NCBI GenBank assembly: GCA_022798795.1
Contig: JAAWNF010000001.1
Location: 953-64,952, forward strand
DNA: 64,000 nt
Direction of reading: 5' to 3'
Source: Bacilli bacterium
GTDB lineage: Bacteria > Bacillota_I > Bacilli_A > RF39 > UBA660
The stretch's first letter is position 1. Each line of letters begins with the position of its first letter. The translations under genes were made by a program, and so were the position numbers. The notes under the pieces are model-generated. The model searched no databases. It saw only the letters and a list, made by a program, of their open reading frames with translations, and was not told the DNA's origin. Positions 40,115-50,385 of this stretch are shown piece by piece.

Positions 40115-40130
40115 CATATAATGTTATACT
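40102..40130 (+). promoter_or_regulatory. Promoter of the hrcA-grpE-dnaK operon
   Basis: ttgaca-N17-tatact. Confidence 0.5.
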
Positions 40131-40172
40131 GATAGCAGTGTTTGAAAGAGAGTGCCAAAGAGGTGAAAAGAA

Positions 40173-41162
40173 ATGATGAATGATAGACAGACTGAACTAT
40201 TAAAATTAATTATTGAAGATTATATTAAAACAGCAAGACCAGTCAGTTCAAAATCACTTTGTGAAATCATGAATTGTTCGAGTGCGACCATTAGAAATGA
40301 AATGGCTACATTAGAAGATTTCGGCTACTTAGAAAAAACACATACTTCATCTGGACGTGTTCCAAGTGAAAAAGGCTATCGTTATTATGTTGATTATATT
40401 ATGAAACCAAAGGAAATGAATGGGGAAGATATGTTAAAATTACAAACGATTTTCCACAACCAATCACTTGCTTTAAATGATGCAATTCTAAGAAGTATGG
40501 AAATTATTTCTGAACTTACAAGTTATACATCAGTAGTTTTAGGAAGTTCTTCGAAAGAAAATAAAGTAACTAAAGTAGAAGTGGTTCCATTAAATGACTT
40601 TCAGTTTATCACTATTGTTGTAACAGATAAAGGTCATGTAGAACATAGAACTATGAATTTACCAGATACAATTTCTGTAGAAGAAGTACGCCAAACAGTA
40701 GAGTTAATCAACAAATTAATTATAGGTACTCCAATTGATGAAGTTAGTAGCAAACTGGAATTTGAAGTAAAACCAGTGATTGCAAAATATATAAAACAGC
40801 ACGAGGTTCTTTATAATGCCTTCTATAGTGCATTTAGTGACTTTACAAAAGAAGCGAATGTTAGAGTGACAGGAACAAAAAATATTTTAATGCAACCAGA
40901 ATTTGATGATGCAACTAAAATTAGAGAAATCATGAATAAGTTTGAAGACCAAAGTATGATTAACAATATTAAGGAAGAAGACAATGGAATTAATATTTAT
41001 ATTGGTAGTGAAAACGAGTTTGATGATGATGTCACTGTAATTAAAACAAAATATTCATTAGGTGGAGAAGAAGGAACAATTGCTTTAATAGGACCAAAAA
41101 GAATGGAATATGACCGAGTAATTGCATTACTCGACTATATTAAACAAAACATAGGGATATAA
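40173..41162 (+). CDS. hrcA: Heat-inducible transcription repressor HrcA
   Basis: N-terminal winged helix (RQTELLKLIIEDYIKTARPVSSKSL) in the operon position before grpE. ~329 aa. Confidence 0.85.
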   Translation: MMNDRQTELLKLIIEDYIKTARPVSSKSLCEIMNCSSATIRNEMATLEDFGYLEKTHTSSGRVPSEKGYRYYVDYIMKPKEMNGEDMLKLQTIFHNQSLALNDAILRSMEIISELTSYTSVVLGSSSKENKVTKVEVVPLNDFQFITIVVTDKGHVEHRTMNLPDTISVEEVRQTVELINKLIIGTPIDEVSSKLEFEVKPVIAKYIKQHEVLYNAFYSAFSDFTKEANVRVTGTKNILMQPEFDDATKIREIMNKFEDQSMINNIKEEDNGINIYIGSENEFDDDVTVIKTKYSLGGEEGTIALIGPKRMEYDRVIALLDYIKQNIGI

Positions 41163-41182
41163 TGTCAAAAAGGAGGTATAAA

Positions 41183-41785
41183 ATGGAAGAAAAAGAAACT
41201 TGCGGATGCGGAAATTGTAATTGTGAAAACACAGAAGAAACATGTGGATGTGAAAATGAAGAGTGCAATTGTGCAGAAGAAAAAGAAGATAAAAAAATAT
41301 TTGGAAAAAATAAAAAATCAAACAAATTAGAAAAAGAATTAGAAGAATTAAAAGAGGTTAATAAAGAATTAGAAAATAAATTGTTGGTAAGTAAAGCTGA
41401 TTTTATCAATTATAGGAAAAGAAAAGATGAAGAAATTAGTCGCTTACTAAAATATTCTGGGGAAGACATGATTAAAGATATGCTTTCTACAGTGGATAAT
41501 TTTGAAAGAGCAATCGCTTTAGATGACGAAAATCTAGATGATGAACTTTCAAAATTCTTAGAAGGTTTTAAAATGATTTATTGTAACTTTGTGAATATCT
41601 TAGAAAAATATGAGATAAAAGCCATTGATGGAAATAATAAGCCATTTGACCCAACTTATCATCAAGCTGTTATGACAGCTCATGTAGAAGGTATGGAACC
41701 TGGTATGATTATTGAAGTATTACAAAAAGGATATTTATACAAAGATAGAGTGATTAGACCTGCTATGGTTAAAGTTAGTGAATAA
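41183..41785 (+). CDS. grpE: Nucleotide exchange factor GrpE with an N-terminal cysteine-rich extension
   Basis: RBS aggagg before the ATG at 41183. GrpE core (coiled coil, DNFERAIA, HQAVMT...G..VIRPAMVKV). It is preceded by ~35 aa carrying 9 Cys (ETCGCGNCNCENTEETCGCENEECNCAEE). Confidence 0.85.
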   Translation: MEEKETCGCGNCNCENTEETCGCENEECNCAEEKEDKKIFGKNKKSNKLEKELEELKEVNKELENKLLVSKADFINYRKRKDEEISRLLKYSGEDMIKDMLSTVDNFERAIALDDENLDDELSKFLEGFKMIYCNFVNILEKYEIKAIDGNNKPFDPTYHQAVMTAHVEGMEPGMIIEVLQKGYLYKDRVIRPAMVKVSE

Positions 41786-42202
41786 ATGGATAGATGTTAT
41801 TTTATAGAAAAAGAAACGTTTGAAATTTATGAAGAACATCCTAAAGTATTTAGCTGTGACCCAATGATAGCAAAAGTAATTTCAAAATTAAATAAGTTAG
41901 GATATTATACTTTAGCAAGCTGTGAAAGTCATTATGAAATAAAAGAATATGATATTTCATATCCAAAAGAGAAAATGGTAACAGGAATTTATATTTTATT
42001 CAAAAGTAAGTATGAATTTCCAAATATTCCAGAAGGATTTATAGTAGAAGAATTAGGAGAGAAGACTTGTTTATCTCATACGATTAATTATTTTAATGCT
42101 TCTGGTAATTACAAAAATCGAACTGAATTTGAACAGGAAAAAGAAAAATATTGCAAGATAATTACAGAATGGGCAATGAATTTGCCAGAAAGAGAAAGGT
42201 GA
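41786..42202 (+). CDS. Hypothetical 138-aa protein inserted between grpE and dnaK
   Basis: The ATG sits 1 nt after the grpE stop. Cys/His-containing sequence (CDPMIAKV...LASCESHYE) with no recognised family. Confidence 0.4.
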   Translation: MDRCYFIEKETFEIYEEHPKVFSCDPMIAKVISKLNKLGYYTLASCESHYEIKEYDISYPKEKMVTGIYILFKSKYEFPNIPEGFIVEELGEKTCLSHTINYFNASGNYKNRTEFEQEKEKYCKIITEWAMNLPERER

Positions 42203-42207
42203 TAAAT

Positions 42208-44034
42208 ATGAGTAAAATTATAGGTATTGATTTAGGAACAACAAATAGTTGTGTATGTGTATATGATGGAGGAGAAGCAAAAGTAATTGCTAACCCAGAA
42301 GGTTCAAGAACAACTCCATCTGTTGTAGCATTTAAAAAAGATGGAGAAAGAATTGTTGGTATTAAAGCAAAAAACCAAGCAATGACAAATCCAAATACAG
42401 TATCAAGTGCGAAGAGAAAAATGGGAACCAACCATAAGTTTGAAGTAGGTGACAAAAAATATACACCACAAGAAATTAGTGCAATGGTACTAGAAGACCT
42501 TAAGAAAACAGCAGAAGCGTATTTAGGGGAAAAAGTAACAAAAGCAGTTATTACAGTTCCAGCGTACTTTAACGATGCACAACGTCAAGCAACAAAAGAT
42601 GCTGGTAAAATTGCTGGATTAGAAGTAGAAAGAATTATCAACGAGCCAACAGCAGCAGCACTTGCTTACGGATTAGATAAACAAGAAAAATCAGAAATGA
42701 TTTTGGTATTCGATTTAGGTGGAGGAACATTTGACGTTTCTATCCTAGAAACTGGTGATGGAGTATTTGAAGTAAAATCAACAAGTGGAAATAACAACTT
42801 AGGTGGAGATGACTTTGACAACCGTGTTATGGAATACTTAGCAGACGAATTCAAAAAAGAAAATGGGGTAGACTTACATAAAGATTCTATGGCTATGCAA
42901 CGATTAAAAGAAGCAGCTGAAAAAGCTAAAAAAGATTTAAGTGGTATGAGTTCAACAGAAATTTCACTTCCATTCTTATCGCAAGGAGAAGATGGACCAC
43001 TTCATTTAAATTTAAGCTTATCAAAAGCAAAATTTGAAGATTTGATTCGTGACTTGGTAGAATCTACTATGGAACCAGTTCGTAAAGCCTTAAAAGATGC
43101 TAACTTGACTTCAAAAGATATTGATAAAGTATTATTAGTTGGTGGTTCTACTCGTATTCCAATGGTACAAGAATTAGTAAAAAAAGAATTAGGAAAAGAA
43201 CCAAGTAAAGAAGTAAACCCAGATGAAGTAGTAGCAATGGGAGCAGCCATCCAAGGTGGAGTTTTAACAGGAGATGTTAATGATATCGTATTATTAGACG
43301 TTACACCACTTTCACTTGGTATCGAAACATTAGGTGGAGTATGTACTGTATTAATTCCAAGAAATACAACCATTCCAACTAGTAAATCTCAAGTATTCTC
43401 AACTGCTGCAGATAATCAACCAGCTGTAGATATTCATATCTTACAAGGAGAAAGACCAATGGCAGCTGATAATAAAACACTTGGAAATTTCCAATTAACC
43501 AACATCCCAGCAGCTCCAAGAGGAGTACCTCAAATCGAAGTTACATTTGATATTGATGCCAATGGTATTGTCAATGTAAAAGCAAAAGATTTAGGAACAA
43601 ACAAAGAACAATCTATTACAATTACTGCTTCTACAAATTTAAGTGATGATGAAATCGATAAAATGGTAAAAGAAGCAGAAGCAAACCGTGAAGCGGATGA
43701 AAAGAGAAAAGAAGAAGCTGACTTACGTAATGAAGCAGAACAAACAATTTTTGCTACAGAAAAAGCGTTAAAAGACCTTGGAGATAAAGTAAGTAGTGAA
43801 GATAAAGCAAAAGCAGAAGCAGAAATGAAAGAGTTAAAAGAAGCATTAGAAAAAGATGACTTAGAAGATATTAAATCTAAAAAAGAAAAATTAAATGAAA
43901 CTGCTATGGCTTTTGCAACAAAAGTTTATGAAGAAGCAGCAAAACAAGCGCAAGCAAATGAAAATAATAGTGCAGAACAAACCTCTGATAAAAAAGATGA
44001 TAATGTAGTAGATGCTGAATTTGAAGAAAAGTAA
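42208..44034 (+). CDS. dnaK: Chaperone DnaK (Hsp70)
   Basis: [18 protein letters not shown] and full Hsp70 architecture. Start at 42208 after the RBS gaaaggtga. Confidence 0.95.
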   Translation: MSKIIGIDLGTTNSCVCVYDGGEAKVIANPEGSRTTPSVVAFKKDGERIVGIKAKNQAMTNPNTVSSAKRKMGTNHKFEVGDKKYTPQEISAMVLEDLKKTAEAYLGEKVTKAVITVPAYFNDAQRQATKDAGKIAGLEVERIINEPTAAALAYGLDKQEKSEMILVFDLGGGTFDVSILETGDGVFEVKSTSGNNNLGGDDFDNRVMEYLADEFKKENGVDLHKDSMAMQRLKEAAEKAKKDLSGMSSTEISLPFLSQGEDGPLHLNLSLSKAKFEDLIRDLVESTMEPVRKALKDANLTSKDIDKVLLVGGSTRIPMVQELVKKELGKEPSKEVNPDEVVAMGAAIQGGVLTGDVNDIVLLDVTPLSLGIETLGGVCTVLIPRNTTIPTSKSQVFSTAADNQPAVDIHILQGERPMAADNKTLGNFQLTNIPAAPRGVPQIEVTFDIDANGIVNVKAKDLGTNKEQSITITASTNLSDDEIDKMVKEAEANREADEKRKEEADLRNEAEQTIFATEKALKDLGDKVSSEDKAKAEAEMKELKEALEKDDLEDIKSKKEKLNETAMAFATKVYEEAAKQAQANENNSAEQTSDKKDDNVVDAEFEEK

Positions 44035-44081
44035 AAAGAAGTTCTAGGAAACTAGAACTTTCTTAAGGATAAGGAGAAACT

Positions 44082-45878
44082 ATGGGAAAAACAGTAAAAA
44101 AGCGTTCAGAAATTGATAATAAATATAAATGGAATTTAGAAAAAATGGTAGAAGCAAAAAGCTTTGATGAATTATATCAAGAAGTAATACAAAAAAAGGA
44201 ACAAATTCAAAATATGCAAGGTCATATTATGAGTTCTAGTGCATCTTTGCTTTCTTATTTGAAAACAAGTGATGAACTAGATAGAGTTTTAGAGCAAATC
44301 TATGTATATGCACATATGCTTTGTGATGAAGATACAACAAATACACAAGCACAAGAACGAAAAATGAAAACGGAAACCTTGAATGATGATGTAAATGAAG
44401 CGTTAGCTTTTGTACGCCCAGAAATTTTAAGTTGCCCATATGATACTGTTCTTAAATACATTGAGGAAAAAAGGGAACTTGAAGAATATCGCTTTGCTTT
44501 AGAGTCCATATTTCGTTATCAAAAGCATACACTAAGTAAAGGGGAAGAAGCAATTATAGCAGCAGCTTCCAATGCATTTGGTACAGGAGACGATGTATTT
44601 TATAATTTAGATAATGCAGATATCTATTTGGGAACAATAAAAGATGAAAACGACGAAGAAGTAGAACTTACTAATAGTAATTATGGATATTATGTTGGAA
44701 GTCAAAATAGAAGAGTTAGAGAAGATGCTTTTAAAGCAATGTATAAATATTTTGGAGATTTTAAAAATACAATTGCAGCGGCCTTGAAAGGACAAATCAA
44801 GGAAAACTTTTTCTATAGTAAAGTTAGAAACTATAATAGCCCATTAGAAGCGAGCCTTTTTCATGATAATATTGATATTTCTGTTTATCATAACTTAATT
44901 GATACTGTACATGAGCATTTTAAAGACATGTATCGTTATATGAGTTTTAGAAAACAGGTATTAGGGTATGACGAGATGCACATGTATGATGTTTATGCAG
45001 ATTTAATACAAGAAAAGCCGAAAGAGATTCCATTTGAAGAAGGAAAAGAAATTGTATTAGAAGCTTTAAAACCATTAGGTATGGAGTATATAAGCAGCTT
45101 ACAAAGGGCTTTTACTGAAAAATGGATTGATATTTATCCAAATAGAGGAAAAAAATCGGGGGCTTATAGTTGGGGGACTTATGATTCTTATCCTTACTTA
45201 TCCGTAAATTATGATAATAGAATAGATTCTGTGAGCACTCTTGCTCATGAACTAGGACATTCTATGCATTCTTATTATTCTAATAAAAATCAAAGTTTTA
45301 TCAATCATGGATATCCAATTTTCCTAGCTGAAATCGCATCTACTGTAAATGAAATATTGTTAAACGACTACTTATATAAAAATGCCGAAACAAAAGAAGA
45401 AAAAATCTTATATTTGACAGAATTCTTAGAAAAAGTAAGAACGACGATTTATCGTCAAACAATGTTTGCTGAATTTGAAATGTTGATGCATGAAAAAGAA
45501 GCCAATGGAGTGCCTCTTACAGAGCAAGAATTTAGTAATACTTATTATGAATTAAATAAACTTTATTATGGCCCTGATGTGATTAGTGACAATGAAATCC
45601 GCTATGAATGGGCAAGAATTCCACATTTCTATGATTCCTTCTATGTCTATAAATATGCCACAGGTTTATCAAGTGCGATTGCAATTGCATATGATATTCT
45701 AAATGGAGTAGAAGGTGTAAAAGAAAGATATTTGGAATTTTTATCAAGTGGTGGAAGCGATTATCCATTAGAAATTTTAAAACGTGTTGGAATTGATATG
45801 ACAACTAAGGAACCAATAGAAAAAGCATTGTCTGTTTTTGAACAGAAACTTCAAGAACTAAAAGCTTTATATAACTAA
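44082..45878 (+). CDS. pepF: Oligoendopeptidase F (M3B family)
   Basis: HEXXH zinc motif (HELGHSMHSYYS). ~598 aa, M3-family length and blocks. Confidence 0.85.
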   Translation: MGKTVKKRSEIDNKYKWNLEKMVEAKSFDELYQEVIQKKEQIQNMQGHIMSSSASLLSYLKTSDELDRVLEQIYVYAHMLCDEDTTNTQAQERKMKTETLNDDVNEALAFVRPEILSCPYDTVLKYIEEKRELEEYRFALESIFRYQKHTLSKGEEAIIAAASNAFGTGDDVFYNLDNADIYLGTIKDENDEEVELTNSNYGYYVGSQNRRVREDAFKAMYKYFGDFKNTIAAALKGQIKENFFYSKVRNYNSPLEASLFHDNIDISVYHNLIDTVHEHFKDMYRYMSFRKQVLGYDEMHMYDVYADLIQEKPKEIPFEEGKEIVLEALKPLGMEYISSLQRAFTEKWIDIYPNRGKKSGAYSWGTYDSYPYLSVNYDNRIDSVSTLAHELGHSMHSYYSNKNQSFINHGYPIFLAEIASTVNEILLNDYLYKNAETKEEKILYLTEFLEKVRTTIYRQTMFAEFEMLMHEKEANGVPLTEQEFSNTYYELNKLYYGPDVISDNEIRYEWARIPHFYDSFYVYKYATGLSSAIAIAYDILNGVEGVKERYLEFLSSGGSDYPLEILKRVGIDMTTKEPIEKALSVFEQKLQELKALYN

Positions 45879-45894
45879 AAGGAAGTGAAGTAAA

Positions 45895-46992
45895 ATGGAA
45901 AAAAGAGATTATTATGAAATACTAGGGGTTAGCAAAACAGCGACTGACTCTGAAATAAAAAGTGCTTTCAGAAAGCTTGCTAAAAAATATCATCCAGATG
46001 TTTGTAAAGAACCAGACGCAGCAGAAAAGTTTAAAGAAGCACAGGAAGCCTATGCAGTATTAAGCGATGCTTCAAAACGTGAGCAATATGACCAATATGG
46101 TCATGCAGCCTTCCAAGGAGGACCTGGAGGAACAGGTGGATTTGATTTCTCCGGATTTGATTTTTCAGATATCTTTAGTGATTTATTTGGAGGCGGATTT
46201 GGTTTTGGAGGTGGAAACTCTTCCACTAGAGCTAGAAAAGGTTCAGACTCTTTAATTAGAATGAATTTAACCTTTGAAGAAGCAGTATTTGGAACAAAGA
46301 AAACAGTAAACTTAGATGTTGTTGAAGATTGCAAAGAATGTTCTGGAAAAGGTGGACATGGTGAAAAAACATGTCCAACCTGTCATGGAAGTGGTCAAGT
46401 AACAACAGAACAAAGGACTTTATTTGGAGCATTTATGACAAAATCGACTTGTCCAAATTGCAAAGGAAAAGGAAAAAGCTATGAAACGACTTGTAGCCAA
46501 TGTAGGGGTTCAGGAAAAGCAAAACGGAATGTTGATTTAGAAGTTACGATTCCAGCAGGAGTAGATACTGGAAATCAATTAAGGTTGGCTGGAAAAGGGA
46601 ATGCAGGAAGTAATGGTGGACCAAATGGAGATGTTTACATTGAATTTAATGTAAAAACACATCCAATTTTTGAAAGAGAAGATGACAATATCTATTTAGA
46701 ACTACCAATTACAATTGCAGATGCTGTTTTAGGATGTAAAAAAGAAGTTCCAACTTTATATGGAACCGTAAAGCTTACAATTGATGCTGGATGTATGACT
46801 GGAGATAAATATCGTTTAAAAGGAAAAGGGGTAGAACATATCCACAGTAGTAGAAAAGGCGATATGTATGTTATTATTAAAGTAATTACTCCAAAAAAAC
46901 TATCTAAAGAACAAAAGAAACTTTTTGAACAATTACAAAAAACAGATTTAGAGGATAATAGCGCATTTAAAAAGATACGTGAATATATTTGA
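45895..46992 (+). CDS. dnaJ: Chaperone DnaJ
   Basis: J-domain with HPD (KYHPDV), G/F-rich linker, four CxxCxGxG zinc-finger repeats, and a C-terminal substrate-binding domain. Confidence 0.95.
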   Translation: MEKRDYYEILGVSKTATDSEIKSAFRKLAKKYHPDVCKEPDAAEKFKEAQEAYAVLSDASKREQYDQYGHAAFQGGPGGTGGFDFSGFDFSDIFSDLFGGGFGFGGGNSSTRARKGSDSLIRMNLTFEEAVFGTKKTVNLDVVEDCKECSGKGGHGEKTCPTCHGSGQVTTEQRTLFGAFMTKSTCPNCKGKGKSYETTCSQCRGSGKAKRNVDLEVTIPAGVDTGNQLRLAGKGNAGSNGGPNGDVYIEFNVKTHPIFEREDDNIYLELPITIADAVLGCKKEVPTLYGTVKLTIDAGCMTGDKYRLKGKGVEHIHSSRKGDMYVIIKVITPKKLSKEQKKLFEQLQKTDLEDNSAFKKIREYI

Positions 46993-47035
46993 AATTTATT
47001 GCGAAAAATAAAAAATATTTTTTCAAAAAATAGAT

Positions 47036-47062
47036 GATTAAGATTCTTCTTAATCTTTTATT
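47036..47062 (+). terminator. Terminator after dnaJ
   Basis: gattaaga-N4-tcttaatc followed by tttta. Confidence 0.55.
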
Positions 47063-47121
47063 TTATATTGATATTTGCAAATATTTATAATATAATAAAA
47101 CTAGAAATGTGAGGGTTATAT

Positions 47122-47664
47122 ATGAATGACATAATAATGGAAACGGAAATGCGTATGAATAGTGCAATTGAAAATATGGAAAAAAGATTTTTAAATATTC
47201 GAGCAGGAAGAGCCAATCCAGCAATTTTAGATAAAGTAATGGTTTCTTATTATGGAAGTGATACACCATTAAAACAATTAGCGACAATTTCTATTCCAGA
47301 AGCAAGACAACTTATGATTAAACCATTTGATAGAAGTTGCTTAGGAGCAATAGAAAAAGGAATTTATGAAGCCAATATTGGACTAACACCAAACAATAAT
47401 GGTGAAGTTATTATTTTAAACATACCAGCACTTACAGAAGAAACAAGAAAAGAGTATGTAAAACAAGCCAAAATAATTGCAGAAGAAGCTAAAATCGCGC
47501 TTCGCAACATTCGTCAAGATGCAAATAATGACATTAAAAAATTAGAAATTCCAGAAGATGATAAAGAAGCTGGACAAGAAGACATTCAAGAATTGATTAA
47601 TAAATATAATAAAATAGTAGATGAAAAATTTAAAGAAAAAGAAAATGAATTGATGAGTGTATAG
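47122..47664 (+). CDS. frr: Ribosome recycling factor
   Basis: 180 aa. Canonical RRF sequence (RAGRANPAILDKV, IPEARQLMIKPFD, ALRNIRQDAN). Confidence 0.9.
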   Translation: MNDIIMETEMRMNSAIENMEKRFLNIRAGRANPAILDKVMVSYYGSDTPLKQLATISIPEARQLMIKPFDRSCLGAIEKGIYEANIGLTPNNNGEVIILNIPALTEETRKEYVKQAKIIAEEAKIALRNIRQDANNDIKKLEIPEDDKEAGQEDIQELINKYNKIVDEKFKEKENELMSV

Positions 47665-47692
47665 AACAATTGAAAAGATTGTTCTTTTTCAT
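47665..47692 (+). terminator. Terminator after frr
   Basis: gaacaat-N7-attgttc followed by ttttt. Confidence 0.6.
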
Positions 47693-47744
47693 TGATAAAG
47701 TGAAAACTTTGATGTAAAATGGGTTTAGAATAGGTGTTGGTACC

Positions 47745-50294
47745 ATGAAGAAAAAAGGGTTTACATTAATTGAGTTATTGGCTGTCATTATAATACTAGC
47801 CGTTATAGCACTTATCACTGTTCCAATTGTGCTAAATATTATTGAGAAATCTAGAAAGCAAGCTTTTTTAAATAGTGCTTATGGTATTATGGAAACAGCC
47901 CAAACTTATTATGCAACGGCTTTGATTTTTGAAGAAACACCAAAGCAATTATTTACTTTTCCAAATGACAAAGTATTGTCTTTTACAGGAACAAGACCAA
48001 AAAGCGGATATGTAGAAATTAATGAAGAAGGTAGAATAGAACTTCAATTATATAATGGAAAATGGTGTGCTTATAAAAGTTATTATGCGCCAAAGATTCA
48101 TTTAGAAGAAGGTGCTTGTAGTGATTTCAAAGGAAGTATCGTTGTCGAGGAAGAAGAAACCACTTATTTTAAAGGGGAAATGATTGATATATTAAAAGGG
48201 GTAACCGCTTATGATAATGAAAATCATACTGTAGAAAATAATATTGGTTATGAGGGAACTGTGGATAGAAAAACTCCAGGAGATTATCACATTACTTATT
48301 ATTTAAAAAATGACAAAAATGTAAAAGCAGAAAAAGTTTTTCATATTTTAGATGAACGATATCATGCTGATTTTGAATATACTGGAAATGTTCAAAAATT
48401 TGAAGCTCTTTATGATGGTCTTTATGAAATAGAATTATGGGGAGCAGCAGGTGGAAGAAATGAAGATGCCCCTTATGGTTATGGTGCTTATACAAAAGGC
48501 ACAATTCATTTAAAAAAGGGAGATACATTTTATATTTATGTTGGTGAAAAAGGAAAAAATAATCATAAAGTTTCCTTTAATGGAGGCGGATATTATGGCG
48601 GTCAAAAAGGCTATGAAGGAAACGCTGGAGGAGGTGGCGGAGTAGCGCACTTTGAATACAATACAGCTGGAGAAAAGAGCTATGCTGGGACATTAACTGG
48701 ATATAATGGTGGTTATTATCATGGCCATCCTTATAATAATCAAGAGGGAAAAGGTGGAACACAAATATCTGGTGGAACAAATGGAAATAATGTTCATAAT
48801 GGAACAGGAACTACGTATTCTGGAAGTTTTGGAAAAGGTGGAAATAACGATTCTATATCTGACGGTCTTGGAGCTGGAGGAGGTGGCGGCGGCTACTACG
48901 GCGGTGGAGCTGGAGGTGCTACCAAAAACGGAGGCTCTGGTCAAGGAGGCGGAGGAGGTTCTTCCTTTATCTCTGGGTATCCAGGCGTAAATGCCATTCA
49001 TAAAGATGGTTCGCCATCTGGACAACCAAATCATTATTCTGGCATTGTATTTCGTGATGCTTTCATGCTAAGCGGAAAGGAAGAAATGCCAAATCCTAGA
49101 AAAGAGGGAACAATGAATGGCAACTCTGAAGATGGTTATGTACGTATCACACTATTGCATGATATAGAAGACCACGCCATGATTTATTTATTGGGAGAAG
49201 AACAAGTAATACAAAGGACTGATACTTTTGAAGACCCAGGGTATGAAATTTTATTAGGAAATTCACCAAGTGGAATAAAATATCATGTTGAAGTCAAAGA
49301 TGATGCAAAAGATACACTTTGGAATATGCGTACCATTACATATCAGCTCTATAATGATAAAAATCAGTTAATTGAAACAAAAATAAGAAAAATTCTTCAT
49401 GTTTCTGATATGAATTATGACTATACTGGCAATTATGAGACTTTTACTGTTCCAGCAAGTGGTACTTATCAAATTGAACTATGGGGAGCAACTGGTGGAT
49501 TTTATGAAGGAACAGAACAATTTAGTAAAGGTGGATATACAAAAGGAAATATTGCTTTAACAAAAGGACAGAAACTATATATTTATATAGGCGAAAAGGG
49601 AAAAGTAGCAAGCCGAACTCCAACTTTTAATGGAGGAGGAACAGGCGGACTTGGAACAAGTTATGGAACTTCTGGTGGTGGAGCAACAGATATTCGTCTT
49701 GAAAGCGGAGATTGGGACAATATAGATAGTTTAAAATCGAGAATTATGGTCGCTGGAGGTGGTGGTGGTTCTTCTCTTGGAGTTTATACAACTGCTGGAG
49801 GAGGGAGCTACGCAGGCGGATTACAAGGCTATAGTGGAGGATACTATAGCGGACATGCTTATAACAACCAGGATGGAAAAGGTGGTACTCAAATAGCAGG
49901 AGGAACAAACGGAAATAACATTTATGGTGGAACAGGAACTCCTTATTCCGGAAGCTTTGGAAAAGGCGGAAATAACGACTCTGTATCCGATGGCACAGGT
50001 GCTGGAGGCGGTGGAGGAGGCTACTACGGAGGTGGAGCAGGAGGCGCTACCAAATCAGGCGGTTCTGGCCAAGGAGGTGGAGGAGGTTCTTCCTTTATCT
50101 CTGGCTATAATGGATGCAATGCTATTAATGAATCATTAAAACCGACAGGTAGCTCAATTCATTACTCTAATATGAGTTTTAAAAATGCTTTGATGTTAAG
50201 TGGAAGAGAAGAAATGCCAAATCCAAGAGGAACTGGAAATATCAATGGAAATAATGACCATGGATATGCTAGAATTCGTTTTGTATCGTTTTAA
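47745..50294 (+). CDS. Modular type IV pilin/pseudopilin-like protein with a tandemly duplicated glycine-rich C-terminal module
   Basis: Class III (prepilin) signal KKG|FTLIELLAVIIILAVIALI with Phe+1 and Glu+5. ~800 aa follow, containing two homologous modules (YTGN..F..P.SG.YEIELWGAAGG...YTKG.I.L.KG...YIY.GEKGK...FNGGG...) and poly-Gly stretches reminiscent of the Gly_rich (PF12810-like) / ALK glycine-rich domain. Confidence 0.6.
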   Translation: MKKKGFTLIELLAVIIILAVIALITVPIVLNIIEKSRKQAFLNSAYGIMETAQTYYATALIFEETPKQLFTFPNDKVLSFTGTRPKSGYVEINEEGRIELQLYNGKWCAYKSYYAPKIHLEEGACSDFKGSIVVEEEETTYFKGEMIDILKGVTAYDNENHTVENNIGYEGTVDRKTPGDYHITYYLKNDKNVKAEKVFHILDERYHADFEYTGNVQKFEALYDGLYEIELWGAAGGRNEDAPYGYGAYTKGTIHLKKGDTFYIYVGEKGKNNHKVSFNGGGYYGGQKGYEGNAGGGGGVAHFEYNTAGEKSYAGTLTGYNGGYYHGHPYNNQEGKGGTQISGGTNGNNVHNGTGTTYSGSFGKGGNNDSISDGLGAGGGGGGYYGGGAGGATKNGGSGQGGGGGSSFISGYPGVNAIHKDGSPSGQPNHYSGIVFRDAFMLSGKEEMPNPRKEGTMNGNSEDGYVRITLLHDIEDHAMIYLLGEEQVIQRTDTFEDPGYEILLGNSPSGIKYHVEVKDDAKDTLWNMRTITYQLYNDKNQLIETKIRKILHVSDMNYDYTGNYETFTVPASGTYQIELWGATGGFYEGTEQFSKGGYTKGNIALTKGQKLYIYIGEKGKVASRTPTFNGGGTGGLGTSYGTSGGGATDIRLESGDWDNIDSLKSRIMVAGGGGGSSLGVYTTAGGGSYAGGLQGYSGGYYSGHAYNNQDGKGGTQIAGGTNGNNIYGGTGTPYSGSFGKGGNNDSVSDGTGAGGGGGGYYGGGAGGATKSGGSGQGGGGGSSFISGYNGCNAINESLKPTGSSIHYSNMSFKNALMLSGREEMPNPRGTGNINGNNDHGYARIRFVSF
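48340..49145 (+). repeat. Intragenic tandem duplication, copy 1 (DNA-level identity most obvious at ~48730..49140)
   Basis: Long near-identical stretches shared with 49855..50265, e.g. ggaaaaggtgga...ggaacaaa.ggaaataa and ggaggttcttcctttatctctgg. Confidence 0.6.
49400..50290 (+). repeat. Intragenic tandem duplication, copy 2
   Basis: See copy 1. The modules are ~1.1 kb apart. Protein-level repeats are YTGNVQKFEALYDGLYEIELWGAAGG and YTGNYETFTVPASGTYQIELWGATGG. Confidence 0.6.
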
Positions 50295-50385
50295 AATTTT
50301 GTCAATTTATTTTTCTGCTTTCATGAACAATAATGATTTACATAAGAGTATCATATAGGTTATAATAGAATTATGAGGTGAAATC

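Noticed and set aside
44035-44064. Hairpin after dnaK considered as a terminator
   Set aside because: The 12-bp stem (aagaagttctag/ctagaactttctt) is not followed by a U-tract. It is more likely an RNA processing or stability element within the operon, so it was not called as a terminator.
48693-49034. Antisense and alternative-frame ORFs inside the Gly-rich pilin-like gene (also 48706..48990 and 49924..50139)
   Set aside because: They arise from GGN codon repeats and have no start signals. The long plus-strand frame with the prepilin leader is the coding one.
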